From: Dicyema japonicum
Lineage: Eukaryota > Animalia > Dicyemida
Direction of reading: 5' to 3'
Assembly (NCBI GenBank): GCA_011109175.1
Contig: RDEW01000035.1
Coordinates: forward strand, 510,902-574,901
Length of the DNA: 64,000 bases
The notes under the pieces are model-generated. The model did no database searches, was not told where the DNA came from, and saw nothing but the letters and a program-made list of their open reading frames with translations. Made by a program: the position numbers and the translations under genes. Below, in pieces: positions 10,939 to 24,169 of the stretch. Position 1 is the stretch's first letter, and the number at the start of each line of letters is the position of its first letter.

Positions 10939-12010
10939 ATTTACCCCCGGTCCCTTCTAGTGAAAGAAACCGATGGCTAAAAACGTAACAGTCAAGAGTG
11001 GACGTTCCCAGAGATCTCCAAAGCAGAAACTAAGGAATCAATTCATTTCAACAACATGGGATAGCCTCTTTTAGACTATCCACTCCATAATTTTGCTCAT
11101 AGTGCAGATCAAACTATGGGACGATAACTTAGCGGATTTTTTCGGTTTTCTGTTTTTTCCATCTGGAAGGGTTGTGTTCAAGTTCGATGTAATCTTCAAT
11201 CTCATTATTTCTTCAGGTTTTCGAGTCAAATTCACCAAAAGAAATCCACCTTTCAAAGAAGATCACCAAAAATTCACAAAAGTTAAGGCAATTGTCCTCG
11301 AAGGTACAATTAAGCTCCCATGTGTCGCGTAAACAACAATTTTGTTCCATTTTACACAAGAAGACATGAAAAAATTCAAAGACCTTGGTAGCATCAAACT
11401 AACTAATCATGTGTTCCCGGCACGCTCCAAAGAGACTTCAGATTGGCACGATGTTCCTCCTTTGAGTCCACGTAAGTACGTATTGGCCTTGTAACTGGTT
11501 CCTCGTAGTCGCAGTGGCACGTTCCTCGGTTCTTATGTAATAAAGAATCCAGAGGCATTGGAGACTGGGACTTTCCAGAAGTCCATCGTTCCGTAATCTT
11601 AAAAGCCCTTTTTTGCTGGTTTCGATTTTCATGGAATTTGTTCAAGAGATAAACGGACACATGGAATGCATGGTTCTCCGTACTGCTTGTAGATATAGTT
11701 CAAGGCCGGATAGCCTTTAATGCTTTTCAGAACGTTAGCCTTTTTCTCGCATTTTATGATCACGTTTTCAACATTTTGAAAAACACATTTGCATGTCGAT
11801 GACTCCCAGAATTTTCTTTTGTCTGATAATTTCTGCATTAACCACTTTAGCTTCGTCGTCCGTCTGATTGATCTTTTGTCGGAAGTGATTAACGTGGTAA
11901 CTGATTTCTCCGGGCTAATTGATATACGGTGTCCTCTAACCAAACGTTTAGACGGTCCAGGTGATGTTGTAATCCTAATGTTGCATCCTGAATATCTTAT
12001 TATTATCTAA
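10939..12010 (-). mobile_element. 3' part of Ingi/Vingi-like LINE
   Basis: Post-RT peptide ISISPEKSVTTL...KCEKKANVLKSI. The end ...gaagggaccgggggtaaat is shared with 14790-14880 and 30205-30300. Confidence 0.7.
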
Positions 12011-12334
12011 CATCGAAAAAAGGAACAGCAAAAAAGTAGAATGTCATATTGACATATTTTTAATAATATATTTTGAAATATTTTTTAATATACCAACTTG
12101 GAAAATGACAAACATAATGTTGGCGTCGAGAAGTAGTCCTCAGGAGTTAGTAAGCTGTGACTGAGCGAAACACCTGTTAGATACCACGTGACCTATTACA
12201 GAAGTCACTCAATTCTTGTTTATGTACCCCGTTTGGAAGATTGATTCTCCTAGATGTTGGAGAGATGAGAAAACCGATATAAGTAAATTAGTAGAAATTT
12301 ATTAAATGAAAACAAATAATTAGTGGAGACTTAG

Positions 12335-14750
12335 TTATTTTTTTACGATCAAGACCTTGAGTTCCTCCATCAAATTAGAATGTCTATAACGGATGCGTGT
12401 GTTGGGAACACTTGTAAGCTCAATTTTACTGTCAATCGAACCGTCTGGGAAATAGCTCACCCCCATTTTCGTTTAGCCTAATCATTGTATCTGAATCATC
12501 TACCTCATCGGAGAAGCCACTATATGAGATACTATTGAGAGCAATCTCGCACAAGTCCACGAGACTAAGCTTCCATACTTGTGAAGCTACGCTGTACTCC
12601 TCCATGAGAGAATCCTTAACTCCGTTACACACAAACTTTGGTGAGGTGCAGCATCAGAGGGTCGTCGGTGGAGAGAGAGACACAGAGGCCTTCGTCAAAA
12701 TACGAGCGAAAGGGATGGTTTCCGTAATTCTTTACTAAAGCGTTGTTACTCATTGGTGACATTGCTATGCCAATTTGGGCCAAATAAAACAGATATTTGA
12801 TTACAGGGATCTGCACGTGTCAATTTCTAATTTACCTTACTTAGGAGGAGACCATGTGATATATTCTGAGCCATCAAAAAACTCGTGCACAAATTTAGAG
12901 GATTTCCAGACTCCCCGAGTGAGGTCGGAAATTAAAAGTCGAAAGATTTAAGCTTTTCCGGAGAGAGTTAAGGTTGGAGATGTTGGCGTACATGTAGAAA
13001 AGATAATACATGTACGAGGGGTTGTTTTCGAATACATATTCCTCGGGGAACACACGGGAGTTGGAGGAAAAGTCAAATAATGTCTTGGCTTCATCATCCA
13101 CCGAATCAAATCCACTTATCTTAATATCAGTTAATGTCTACCATAGGAAGGACCACGTGCAGCTCAGGGTGGCTATTCGGATCCAACGAGACCTCAAAGA
13201 GTGGCATGAAAATATTATTTAGCATTTCACTGAAGTTTTTGAGGGATCCTGAGCCACGGAAGACATCACTACATAAAACACCACCAAAACTATATTCGCG
13301 GAATCTGAACCATCCACCGAACGTTTTCGGACTCCATTTTGTTATAAAGGAACCAACGGGCCAAAACATCCCACTCATCATACGACTTACCGTAAATTGA
13401 AATCCTGAATTCCGCGAACTGGTACTTTTCCTCTTCCAAATAGCTTATGACCTCCTGCAAGTCAAAAAGTGATCAACCTTGACTAACTCTGCAAACAGTT
13501 TGCCTTCGTTGTAGTTGTTGTACTTGAGGAAAATCTTCCTCAGCTCGCTCTGTCCAATGGGGTTGTATTTTTTGGTAAATTTGTCAAAACGGTGGAAAGT
13601 CTTGTCCTTAAAAGTATTCAAATGAAGCTACAGCACGCATGTCAAGAAGGTCAAGGTTAAGGTCATATGAGGTCAAATTGAGGTTTTTGAAGACGTCCTC
13701 TAACGTCTGAACTTTTCCTTGGGAGTCAAGTACGACTTTCATGTCGGGACACGTGTTGATTTTTCGTTTTATAAAGTTTAGGAGGTGTTTCTGGTTCATA
13801 CAAGAGGAGCAGTGGATATGAGTATCAACCTGAGATGTTTTTGACCACCCAACCTTTCTGACATTGTAAAAGTCCCTGTGACTGACGGCCTTGCTCTCCA
13901 GAGACTCCTTGGTGTCGTTCATGAGCACGTGAAGAGAATATTTGTACCCAAGGAACTGAAGACGTTTGTGACAGTAGGTTTTACTAAAATGGATCACTTC
14001 ACATTACAGAGTTCCGTTTTCGACGATAGACTGCAAGTAACTGAGGTCAGTTACGAATTCTTCATAGGGAATGAAGTCAAACAGAGACTTTGAGCACTCT
14101 TCGTCTTCAAATACTGTAATTATTCCACTTTTCATCTTTATATGACTTTCTCGGGATCTGCAAGATCAAAGCGACGGTTTACTTAGAACTCGTTCGACTG
14201 AGGCTTGCTTTACTCTTTCGTCGTATTCTGGCTGAATAAAGTTGTTGTTCTCTAGGAAATGTTCTACTGCCTGACTGAATGTTTGTGAAGACATTCGAAT
14301 GTATTTTCGCCTCAGATTGAGAGCTTCAATCAGAGAAGAGGACACAAGAACGTGCTTTTGACTTGGAATCTACGTTAACATAATAAACATACGAAAGACA
14401 TTCCTTCGGCGATAATTTTGTAGAAGCTATTTCGACCATCCGTGGGCTTCATTTGACGTAAATGACCAAACTACAGATTTTTAATGTTACTGTTAGACGA
14501 TGAACGGCAATTAGCAAATATTGTCTGAAATTATGCTTTTGAAAATAATTAACATATTTAGGTCATCACTCGTTAGTGAATAACTGAGTTGATGTAGATT
14601 CTTACTCAATTAAGAAGGAACTCGTCCATGGGCCCCTTTATTTTCTAAAACCAAGATCTACTAGAAGAGCAAGACCGTTGCTTACCTCTCGGTAGTCTTT
14701 TTACTCTGAGCCCCTTCCATGCCATTGCTGTTCATGTGTGCGGTTTCTAT
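12335..14750 (-). CDS. AMPD: AMP deaminase (multi-exon; 5' end uncertain)
   Basis: [47 protein letters not shown] and the C-terminal [15 protein letters not shown] all match AMPD. Many 20-26 nt introns. Apparent 1-nt frameshift in the C5 run at 12460-12464. Confidence 0.95.
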
Positions 14751-14789
14751 TTGTGACATTACTATTCTAAGAAATATTTCGTATTTTTT

Positions 14790-14880
14790 ATTTGCCCCCG
14801 GTCCCTTCGAGTGAAGGAAACCGGTGGCTAACAAGAACGTTATAGCCAAGAGCGGACGCTTCCAGATATCCCGATAGGCG
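14790..14880 (-). repeat. Isolated LINE 3' end
   Basis: atttgcccccggtcccttcgagtgaaggaaaccggtggctaac is homologous to 10939-11020. Confidence 0.75.
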
Positions 14881-15164
14881 TAATTGGTTCGGCGCAGAAC
14901 TCGGAGGTGGACCCTGTAAATATCTCACAAAGATGCTTATTTATCTAAAATATTAATTAATCATTTAGTCTGCGAAGATTATTAATTAAAAATATTTTAA
15001 AATAAAATTTAATGATTTGACGTCATCAAAGTGACCCTCAATAAATTACTCTTTATTTGATTTTTTTAAATTTTCTTAGATCTTATAATAGCTGTTTGTT
15101 TGTTGTATATTCTAGAAAAACATTCATTTACATCGCGCGTGAATGTCAGTAATTAAGGATAATC

Positions 15165-15280
15165 AGTGTTACGGGAACCCCCAGGCGGTGGGGAGAAGTT
15201 AATGGCTCTTTTCCTTTCTTTCCGGGATGGGTGACACCTTATCGGGTGAGCCACAAAACACCACGTTACACATTTCAATA
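15165..15280 (-). repeat. Isolated 5' segment of Ingi/Vingi-like LINE with structured motif
   Basis: The reverse complement tgtggctcacccgataaggtgtcacccatcccggaaagaaaggaaaagagccattaacttctc matches 41680-41770. Confidence 0.8.
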
Positions 15281-15847
15281 ATTAATCAGTGTCTTGAGCA
15301 ATTTTAAATGTTTTTAGCTAACTTGAGTGACAGTCTTGCTACATGTTTGTCGAGCAGCATTTTAGTTAAATTTACTAACTGCAAGTTTATGGGAGATGCT
15401 TCTGGATAGAAATAAGAACTACTTTAATGAAGTTTTCTAATTGATGACTCATTAAGAATATAAATTTTATAATTAAAAATAAAGTTAGTTGTTACGAAAA
15501 GGTCTCCATTATGGTCTGCATGCATCGAGCACGCAATGGAAGTTACCTCCCATGATCACGATCCCAATGTTCTGTAAGAGCCATCGCGTCATTCTAGGCT
15601 CATCCTTGTAACAGAAGAAGGGTAATGGAATCTTTTCAATTAAGCACTCTCATAAGCCATGTCAGTTTACCTAGTCTCTAATGAGGAATATGCCATGATT
15701 ACATGAGCTCTACCCTTACGACGACTCGTGAAATCCGAGAATGAGGACTTAGTTGGTTTATAAAACGAAATCCCAAATACAAATTTTCCAAACACTTAAG
15801 TTTTAGTTAACTGTCAGAGAATTTAATATAAATTTTGATTATTTATA

Positions 15848-17284
15848 CTATAATTTGTTTTTTATGCTCTCCTGAGCCACAAGAATGAGTTGTCGAATTT
15901 CGGAACGGGGGGCCTTGTTTCCCTTCAAAAATTCGTGGTTTAGCAGTTCATTACAATCCGCTCTGTTGGCGGGGTTGACTTCAAGGCACTTGTCGATGAA
16001 AGTCCCAAGGAGCTCAGATATTCGGTGACGTTCCTGAATCTTCGGTCTTCCAATGTTAGAAATGTGGTAAAGGGCTTTTAGGGGGTGTTCGTTGAGATAT
16101 GGAGGCTCTCCGTCTATCATTTCGATGATTAATATCCCCAAACTCCAAATATCGACTTTCTTCCCATATTTTTGTCTATAAAAAATCACTCGCAGAATTA
16201 CTTTGAAACCAACTCGGGAGCCATCCAATACGGAGTACCAACCATAGTGTTTCTGTTACCCTCCCCCGAAACTTGTGCACAGAACCCAAAATCTGTTAAT
16301 TTGACGTCTCCGTTGAGTGCCAGGAGCACGTTGTCGCTTTTGATGTCTCTGTGAATTATGTTGTTGATGTGCAAAAACCCTAGTCCGTTTAAAACCTGGG
16401 AATAAAAAAGAAGATAACCTCAAGAATCATAGTGGCCATCTGTTCCTCCTTCATCATGGTCTCCATGACGACATCTGTGAGAGCTCCCCCGTCGAGGTAC
16501 TCCATGGCCACCCACAATTCATTATCATTAACCAGGAAGCCGTTAAGGTAATTAACAATGTTGACGTGTTTAGGTAAGTTCCGCATTATCTGCGTAATAA
16601 GTAAAGCAATGTAACCTCAATTTCTGATATTAAGAGTTCCTTCTTTGGCTGAACCTCCAAATTCATCATCTTCATGGCCACAACGGCACCTGTTTTGATA
16701 TTCATAGCCAAATTTACGGTTCCAGAAGCACTATTTCGTTGATTATGGGTTAATACCCTGAACCCAGCTTTTTCTTTAGTTTGTAGGTCTCCCTGGGGTC
16801 CTCGGGGGATACGAACATCCCTGAACTGATAAAATTTAAATACTCAGTTTTTCAATCAACGCTTCGATGGAAATTCTGTTACCCGATTTATTCCTCACTT
16901 CAATCTGGTTTTACTGAAAATAGCCGCAAAACCTGTCTTTCCTCCTCCTCCTCTTCGGGACAGGACTCCATTCCACTGCAGTTAGTAATGTATTTCTTAT
17001 CCTTGTTTTCCACGTCTTCGAGGACCTGCAAGGCTTTAATGAGCTTGTCTGGGTTCTTCTTCTGTTCTTCCTCACTGAAGGTGAAAATGACTTGAATACG
17101 GAATTTTGGAAGCTTTTATTAGGGATTTCCACTCCTCAGGCAATCCTTGAAGGTCTGCAGCCACGTGGAGGTTATGTTTAAACAAAATAGGTGAAGTCAC
17201 CACCATATTTTTCTCCACAGACTGCTTCTTCATTTTAGAATTAAATTTATTTAGAAATTTGTTTTTTGAGCTGTCGTTCATCAA
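15848..17284 (-). CDS. PAK: p21-activated kinase, group I (CRIB/autoinhibitory domain plus Ste20 kinase)
   Basis: N-terminal [11 protein letters not shown]...[10 protein letters not shown]; kinase motifs [57 protein letters not shown]. Tiny introns. Confidence 0.95.
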
Positions 17285-18979
17285 TATTATACGTAAATCC
17301 GGATATATATGGCGATTAATTTTAATAATTTAGGGAAATTAAGTCGACGGATTACCCGTAACATACGGAAATTAGGAATCATGTCGGCTTATGTCGAGAT
17401 TTTACAGAATGTTTGCCGATACTACCTGGCTTTGAATTATTGTGAAATAATGAGGTGATGGCTGGAACATGAACATTGGAGTCACTTACAAACAGGATAC
17501 CGAGTCACTAGTCACTTACAGACAAGGATAACATCATCTAAACTCTAAGGATACGTCCTTTGGATGCAACTTGAATAACAGAGACGACAATTACCCCTAC
17601 ATTTTTGGGCGGAGGTCCGACGTTTCCCTAGCTCCTTTGTGTATCTTGAGTTTATCACTTTATCCGTCTACACAGGGAAGGGACGAAAGGATACATCAGT
17701 CTGAGATGAAGACATTTGGGGGAATAGAAGTACTTGAATAGGTAAATTTTAAAAATTATTGAATAATCCTCTTTTTTAATATTCTTTGTAAGATAATTTA
17801 TTCGCCTCAAAATATAATTAAATTTCTTACTTGCATTACAAACTAGTATTACTTTGGACTGATCTTTTTTCTCCATTAATTGTATTATCTATTGGTGGCT
17901 ACTATTAAAGATTTCTCTTCCTTCCCTCTGATGGCGGCATTTGATCCACATTACTCGGGAGACCCCCAGGCATTGTCAGCATTCAAAAAGGGTCAATCTA
18001 TTCATTCCATCCGGGAGACAATTTCGCTCCCTGGGGAAGACCTCTGGACCTCAGCTTTCCGGACAACTCTCTCTGGATCCACTGTGCTTGGATATAGGGT
18101 TTTGGTATGGATCGTGTCCAGAATCAATATAAAAGAATATAGGTGGAAACGATAAAGACTTTGTAGAACGTCGATGTTGAGGTCACATTGCTTCGTCTGT
18201 GGCGGATTAGTAAAAGTATCATATTTGTCGCAGTTTCTGCAAAATCCCATGTGACTATTTGTCAGTTCGTTCTCTAAGAGATCCTCGAGGTAGATTAAAC
18301 AAAAGATCTCCCACTTTTAATCTGATAGAGTTGGATTAAATCATCCAAGGTGATAAGATGATTAGAATATATGATGTTAAACCAAGTCAACTCCCATAGC
18401 GGACTTATTAGGAGATTACCTCGTCCCAAACATCGTTAGAGACTTTTTTTTATAAATCAAACACTAACTTGGTCCTGATCCAACAACCCATGGGATCAGT
18501 ATTTTCCGTCTCCAAGGTGCCAAAATCACTCCATGATAAAAGTGGACAGCCATTATAAAATTATTTTCCTTCTGATTGCCAATGCTACATACATGAATTC
18601 TCGATCCATAGAGATTCCTGTATGAGTGGTCTCGCGAACTCAAGTAGGGAGAGAAACCGAACTCGGTCAACATCTACGCTAGCCGGAAAGTTTACAAACC
18701 TTGAATAGTTTGGAACATTATACTCCTCATTGATAAAGACACGTGACTCACATCATCATTTTCGCATCAATCGGTCAAGTACCAACGGTACGTTGTATCT
18801 TTTTTAATGTTGTATCTTTAATTCTCCCAATCCTATGAATGCTGTCTTAAGCACTCAGCAAGGCAATGACTACTTTGGTTCGTTCAAGAAAAAACAAGAA
18901 CGGAATCTGACTAAAAAATTTAATCAAATTGACCATCTTGTGTAGAAAACCAAAGATCTTAGCAAGGCTTAAGGATTTA

Positions 18980-19200
18980 TGGGCGTTTGGAGTGACAGAG
19001 AAGTGGTTTACGAACGAATAGAACATAATGCTGACACCCTTGGAGATCCTAATCCGAAAAAAATAACTGAGAGGCCTGATCCAAAGTGATCAAAAGAAAA
19101 TCAGACCCCAACGAGCTTGTGTAAGATCGAGGGAGGAGCATCGAGCCAAGTTGGGATCACTTAGTTTATTTTTCTGTTTAACCGTGGTCTTGGAATAAAA
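18980..19200 (+). repeat. LINE 3' end fragment; inverted copy at about 26440-26690
   Basis: gaacataatgctgacacccttggagatcc and ccccaacgagcttgtgtaagatcgagggaggagcatcgagccaag occur at both sites. Ends in gggatcacttagttt. Confidence 0.75.
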
Positions 19201-20589
19201 ATTTGATTTGAATGGTGATCTTGAAACGTGAAGTGACAAAAAATTGGAAATCATACGCTTATCCTTTAGAAAACTGTATAGTAGTTATTTCACAGGAAGG
19301 CAAAGAAAGTTCACAGTAAATAACTCAGAAAGAGACTTTTGTCTGTAAAACTAAAGAATTCGAGCATTGAATGAGAAAAAATCAAAGAAGGAAGGTCATC
19401 CACAGATCTGGGAGCACAGATGGTCTTAGACTGCCAAAATACAAGAATGGCATGGAAGTACTTGGGATCTAAATTTTTCGGACGTTCGACTCAATCCAAG
19501 AGTCATGTTGAAGATTGTACTAAAGAAATCACCTCCCATTAGTAGAATGAGTAATGTCCATGACTTATAGCCCCAATTTCCCTATCCTCAGAGCAGATGA
19601 CCAACAAGGTCGGTCTATGAGGGGATGTCAAAGTGAATCCCAACTAATGGAGTCCAAAACAAGATCGTTGATCTTTAAAAGTCTAAACTTAAAAGTGGAT
19701 ATTTAACACCCAAGTTCCGGGAGATCCAACGTGACAGACATGCGAAACATGGAGGAAGCTTACTATACATAACAGAAGTCCCTACGAGATCATCAATCAT
19801 GTTTGTAATCGTCTCTCCGATAATTACAATCTTGATCTCTTGAAAAAAATCTGTCTTCCTCGACTCTCACACTGATCAACAGACTGAGAATACTTGAAGG
19901 GTTAGTGCACAATGGTTTATCCGACTCTTTGTAGTAAGTGCGTTGCAGGAATTCGATCCCATCTGCCTTGAATAAGAGTGATATGATTTTATTAATTCAT
20001 TTTTTGTAATTATTAAAAAAAGTTGAAAAATTCTCATTTTTAATGGCACTATTCTATTTTGAATGACATTGTCCCACTTTGAATGACACTTCCATTTTTA
20101 TTGGCACTATTCTCATATTGAATGGGAAGCGGTATAGTCATTCCAATGAGAGAATTCCTTCTTCCAGACAGTTCGGCACAAAAATAAAACAAATGATCTA
20201 AGAATTAAATAGTTGGAAGAAGTCTTAACTACCTAACGTTGAAATACCCAGAATACATACTCTCAACAAGGAGATCAACAAACACATTAAAGACAAATAG
20301 GTGAGACCTTGGACCGAGCTAACTAAAGTCATAATTGAAAACCCCTCTTTTTACAAAATATGGAACTCGATTAAGTCCTCACGACACCTAGCAACAAGTT
20401 ACTCAATGATATGACATCCGTGCAAATACCCTAATGAGATATTATGATGTCCCAATAAATGTACCTTAAGGAGGTTGAATCAAAAAGATCCTGGCTTTCC
20501 TTTAATACTTTTTGTTACCTACTTTGAGGCTGAAAATAAGATAGCTCTAAACAAAATAACAAATACCAACACAATTTTGGAGACAATTT

Positions 20590-21369
20590 GTTTAAACGAA
20601 AACATTCAATTACTAAATTAAAAATGTCCTGGCCACACGTTTTCTCTGTAAGCGGTTTTCAATTATGTTCCCCGTGTATTCAATTCGAATAAAACTAATA
20701 ACTGAGCAATTCCCCCAATATCAGTAGATTCATCAATTTGAAGTGGAAAATACTTTTCTTTGCATGCAGTCAAAATTAACATCTTCCGACATATTAGCTA
20801 TCCCTCTAGAAACGGTGCTATCCGACAATGGAATTTTAGATATTTGCTTCTCAAAACTATCACCAAATAAAGAGCAATCATTTTGTAGACAGGAATGATC
20901 AAAATTTGGCCAATTGTATGGACTTTCATTTGAGAATCAATTAATTCCGCAACAATAAAACTACATTTAATATAGTTATATGACAATTTGAAAGTGTCTC
21001 CAAAAGTACAGGTCATTTGATTTTGCTTGTAACTAATTAAAATATTCAATATGTGTGGGTTAAATTCTGGATGTTTAGTATTGAAATGGTGGAGCAATTT
21101 ACTTGGTAACATGGAATGGTTCGATCATCACAAATAAGACTTTGGAATTTGTGTTTTTATTACGATAAAATCTTAGAGACAAATAAGAATTTTTATATCA
21201 CGTAAAATAGGAGCTTTAGACTTTTTATCAACCATAAGAAAGAAATTACCCCGTTTCAACAAATCAAAAAAACAAATCAAAAAAAACAAATCAAATGTAA
21301 CTAAATTTTAAATACAAAAAAATTTAAAAATCAATGTATTTGGGCGGCACATCGTTAGAGAAGCACTGC
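20590..21369 (-). mobile_element. Buster-type hAT remnant with 5' TIR
   Basis: MLPSKLLHHFNTKH...SFIVAELI...HTIGQILIIP. TIR-like cagtgcttctctaac on the minus strand at about 21355-21369. Confidence 0.75.
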
Positions 21370-22619
21370 TTAAAGGGGAACACGATAAAACTGAATTTAC
21401 ATCAATCAGTCGTAAAGAAGAAAAAATATGACGAGACAGGGAGGAGGCATAGTAAGGTCGGGTCTGTCTTGGGATGTGGAGATGTAACTACATGTTTCTG
21501 GTTAGTTCTATATAGTATCAAACATATGACGATGTGTGAAAAGTAAAACTCAAAATATACACTTTGTTCATCTACTGACTTTAAAGTACAATTGTGGGAC
21601 ACTTCCAAAACGAGATTTGGAAAATATTGACTTACCAATCCCTTTATTTTCATATTCGTTTAGCTGCTCTTTCCAAGCTCTGTTTGTCGAGCGAATCCGA
21701 CCTGCGCCCCTTTCTTGTTATTTCTGTAATTGGTCCATCTAAAAGTTTCTCTTATGGTAAGGACACTCGTGTTGCTTTAGAAAAAGACTCCTCGGCAGAG
21801 TATTCGCTGGGAGACATCTGAGAATTCGTCAGTCCGGCTTCAAATCATTTAAGCAAAAATGTCAGTTAGACAATTTGTGACTAAGACAATGTGATCCTCA
21901 TAAATAAAGGTCAATTCTTGTCAGCCTAATCCCACCCCTGAAGGCGGACGAGTCCTTCTGGTACATATGTTGAAAGAGATCATCCTACCTTCTCTCCGAC
22001 CAACTCCACTGGTGAAGATTACATTGTGAACACTCTTTCGCCTAAAAATGAAGTAATGTCCGCGACGGGTAGAACATGTGATGAAGATGGAGGAGGGCGG
22101 ACTTACTCTCCACAAGCATAAATGACAATAAAAACATACTTTTTAAAAGAAAAACAGAAACCCACCTCACAAATGTCTGTCCTAGGGAAAGGAAAGTCGG
22201 TTCTCTTCCCTTAATCGATTTCCTGTGCAAGCTTCGGGGAGGGGTTGGTAATGTAGAATCACAGACTGGAGATGCCGAAGTCAATTGTGGGAAATGTGAT
22301 TACAAAACTGTTTGAATATACTTTTGCTTTCTCGTGACCCCGAAGTTCAACATAAATATATACTATAACCAACCAGGATGGGGGACCTTCTATAGTTTGC
22401 TCTTGCATAGGAAAATTGCAGTCCAAAATTTTTATACCAAGGGAATCATGGGTTTCTTGTTGCACGTGTCGGGTTTTAATGTGCAATAGGCTAAATAACC
22501 GTCATGGGACTTATAACAGGCATTAAGAAATTTAAAGAACTCACGTGTATATTTGTTAGCTAATTAGTGAAAAGTTCTTTTCCCCAATGTTCTATCCCCT
22601 TCTTTCATTTATCGTGTCG

Positions 22620-22695
22620 TCGTGTGATATAATTGTCTTAGGAGGCGCCCAGTGCGAGATTAGCGTTCCCAGATCATTCGTCTCCCCCACTTCTA
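22620..22695 (+). repeat. Degenerate copy of the structured 5' motif family
   Basis: gtgtgat...tgtcttaggaggcgcccagtgc...agatca aligns with 63368-63433. Confidence 0.5.
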
Positions 22696-22758
22696 AAATC
22701 CAATTAAATATATTAATGATTATTCGCAATTATAAATTTAAATAATAAATTTATTTAA

Positions 22759-23643
22759 ATGGAATTAGATGTAACTTGGTTGTTCACTCTAGGAATACGC
22801 TAATAGACGATATCTGCCGGTCTCAGTCGCATTCTTCTCCGTGGGACTCTCAGTTACCTCCATATTTTACGCGATAAATAAATATTTATACTCGATTTAT
22901 CTTTTCCTTTTGATTTCTGTCTTCCTAATTCGTAAACGGAGTTCAATTTATTTTTACGTATTTTAAATCAATTTTTTTAGATTTCGATTTGTTCAGCTTT
23001 TTTGGGGACACTTTGCTCGGTAGGAGTTATTTTCTCCGTTTATTTGGACGACCTTTTTTTCGGGATCTTTTTGATCTTTCTGGCTTTTTTCCACTTTTTT
23101 GAATTTGTTTCCTCCTATTTTGCGGGAATCAACGACTTTTCGTGCAATGCCTTTCTTTTGGAGTATTTCGATTATTACACGTTCATGTTGATCTCCGTTA
23201 CTGAGCACTTTCTCGTGGCCTTTCCTTTTCCGGGTTTTAGGAATTACCCGCTTCTCTCATATTTTGGTCTGTTTATGTGCATTTTGGGAGAGTCTGTGAG
23301 GAAGTTGGCGATTTTGACTCTGAGGAACAATTACAGTCACATTATAGAGACGGAGGAGAGAAAGAATCACGTGCTCATTAAGGAAGGGGTTTATAGGTAT
23401 TTCCGGCATCCTGGTTATTTTGGATTTTTTTACTACGCGGTTGGATCTCAGGTTTGGTTGATTTAGGATGGCTCGTAGATTATGATGGGGAACTTTGTTT
23501 CAATGGTGTTGTTCTCTTGGCGGATATGGAGTTTCTTTGATGACCGAATCAAAGAAGAGGAGTACTTTTTGGTCCGTTTCTTTGGAGAGGAGTATGAAGA
23601 GTATAAAAGGCGGAGTTTTACAGGAATTCCGTTTATTGAATAA
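22759..23643 (+). CDS. ICMT: Protein-S-isoprenylcysteine O-methyltransferase (Ste14/ICMT), 4 exons
   Basis: GESVRKLAILT...NYSHII...HVLIKEGVYRYFRHPGYFGFFYYAVGSQ / RIKEEEYFLVRFFGEEYEEYK...TGIPFI. Introns at 22771-22792 (22 nt), 22958-22980 (23 nt) and 23452-23478 (27 nt). Confidence 0.95.
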
Positions 23644-23850
23644 ATCTGGGTTTGTGGCCTTTAATTTGTCGGTCGAGTTAATTTACCACCGAAGTTTACT
23701 CTTAAATACTGCGATTTTTGTCTTTAAGTCAAAAATTGATATGTTCTTTAAAATTGTTTAAAGCTTATAAAAAATTGTGTTATTGCGGCCGTCGCGAAGA
23801 ACCCAGGTATTTTCGCAAAATTGGACATTTCCAACTTGTAGATGAATTCA

Positions 23851-24045
<195 letters not shown>

Positions 24046-24169
24046 CTAAAATTATAATTGTAAAAAAAACTTAAAGAATATTTTTGGAATATTTTATGCA
24101 ATTATTGTTTCTCATTAAAAGTCTTATAAAATTGACTAATTGACGAACTTCTGTTTTTCCCCGGAAAAA

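Noticed and set aside
17655-18250. Cys-containing minus-strand ORF as a zinc-ribbon host gene
   Set aside because: No family recognised, stops in all frames and no consistent splice model; more likely decayed repeat.
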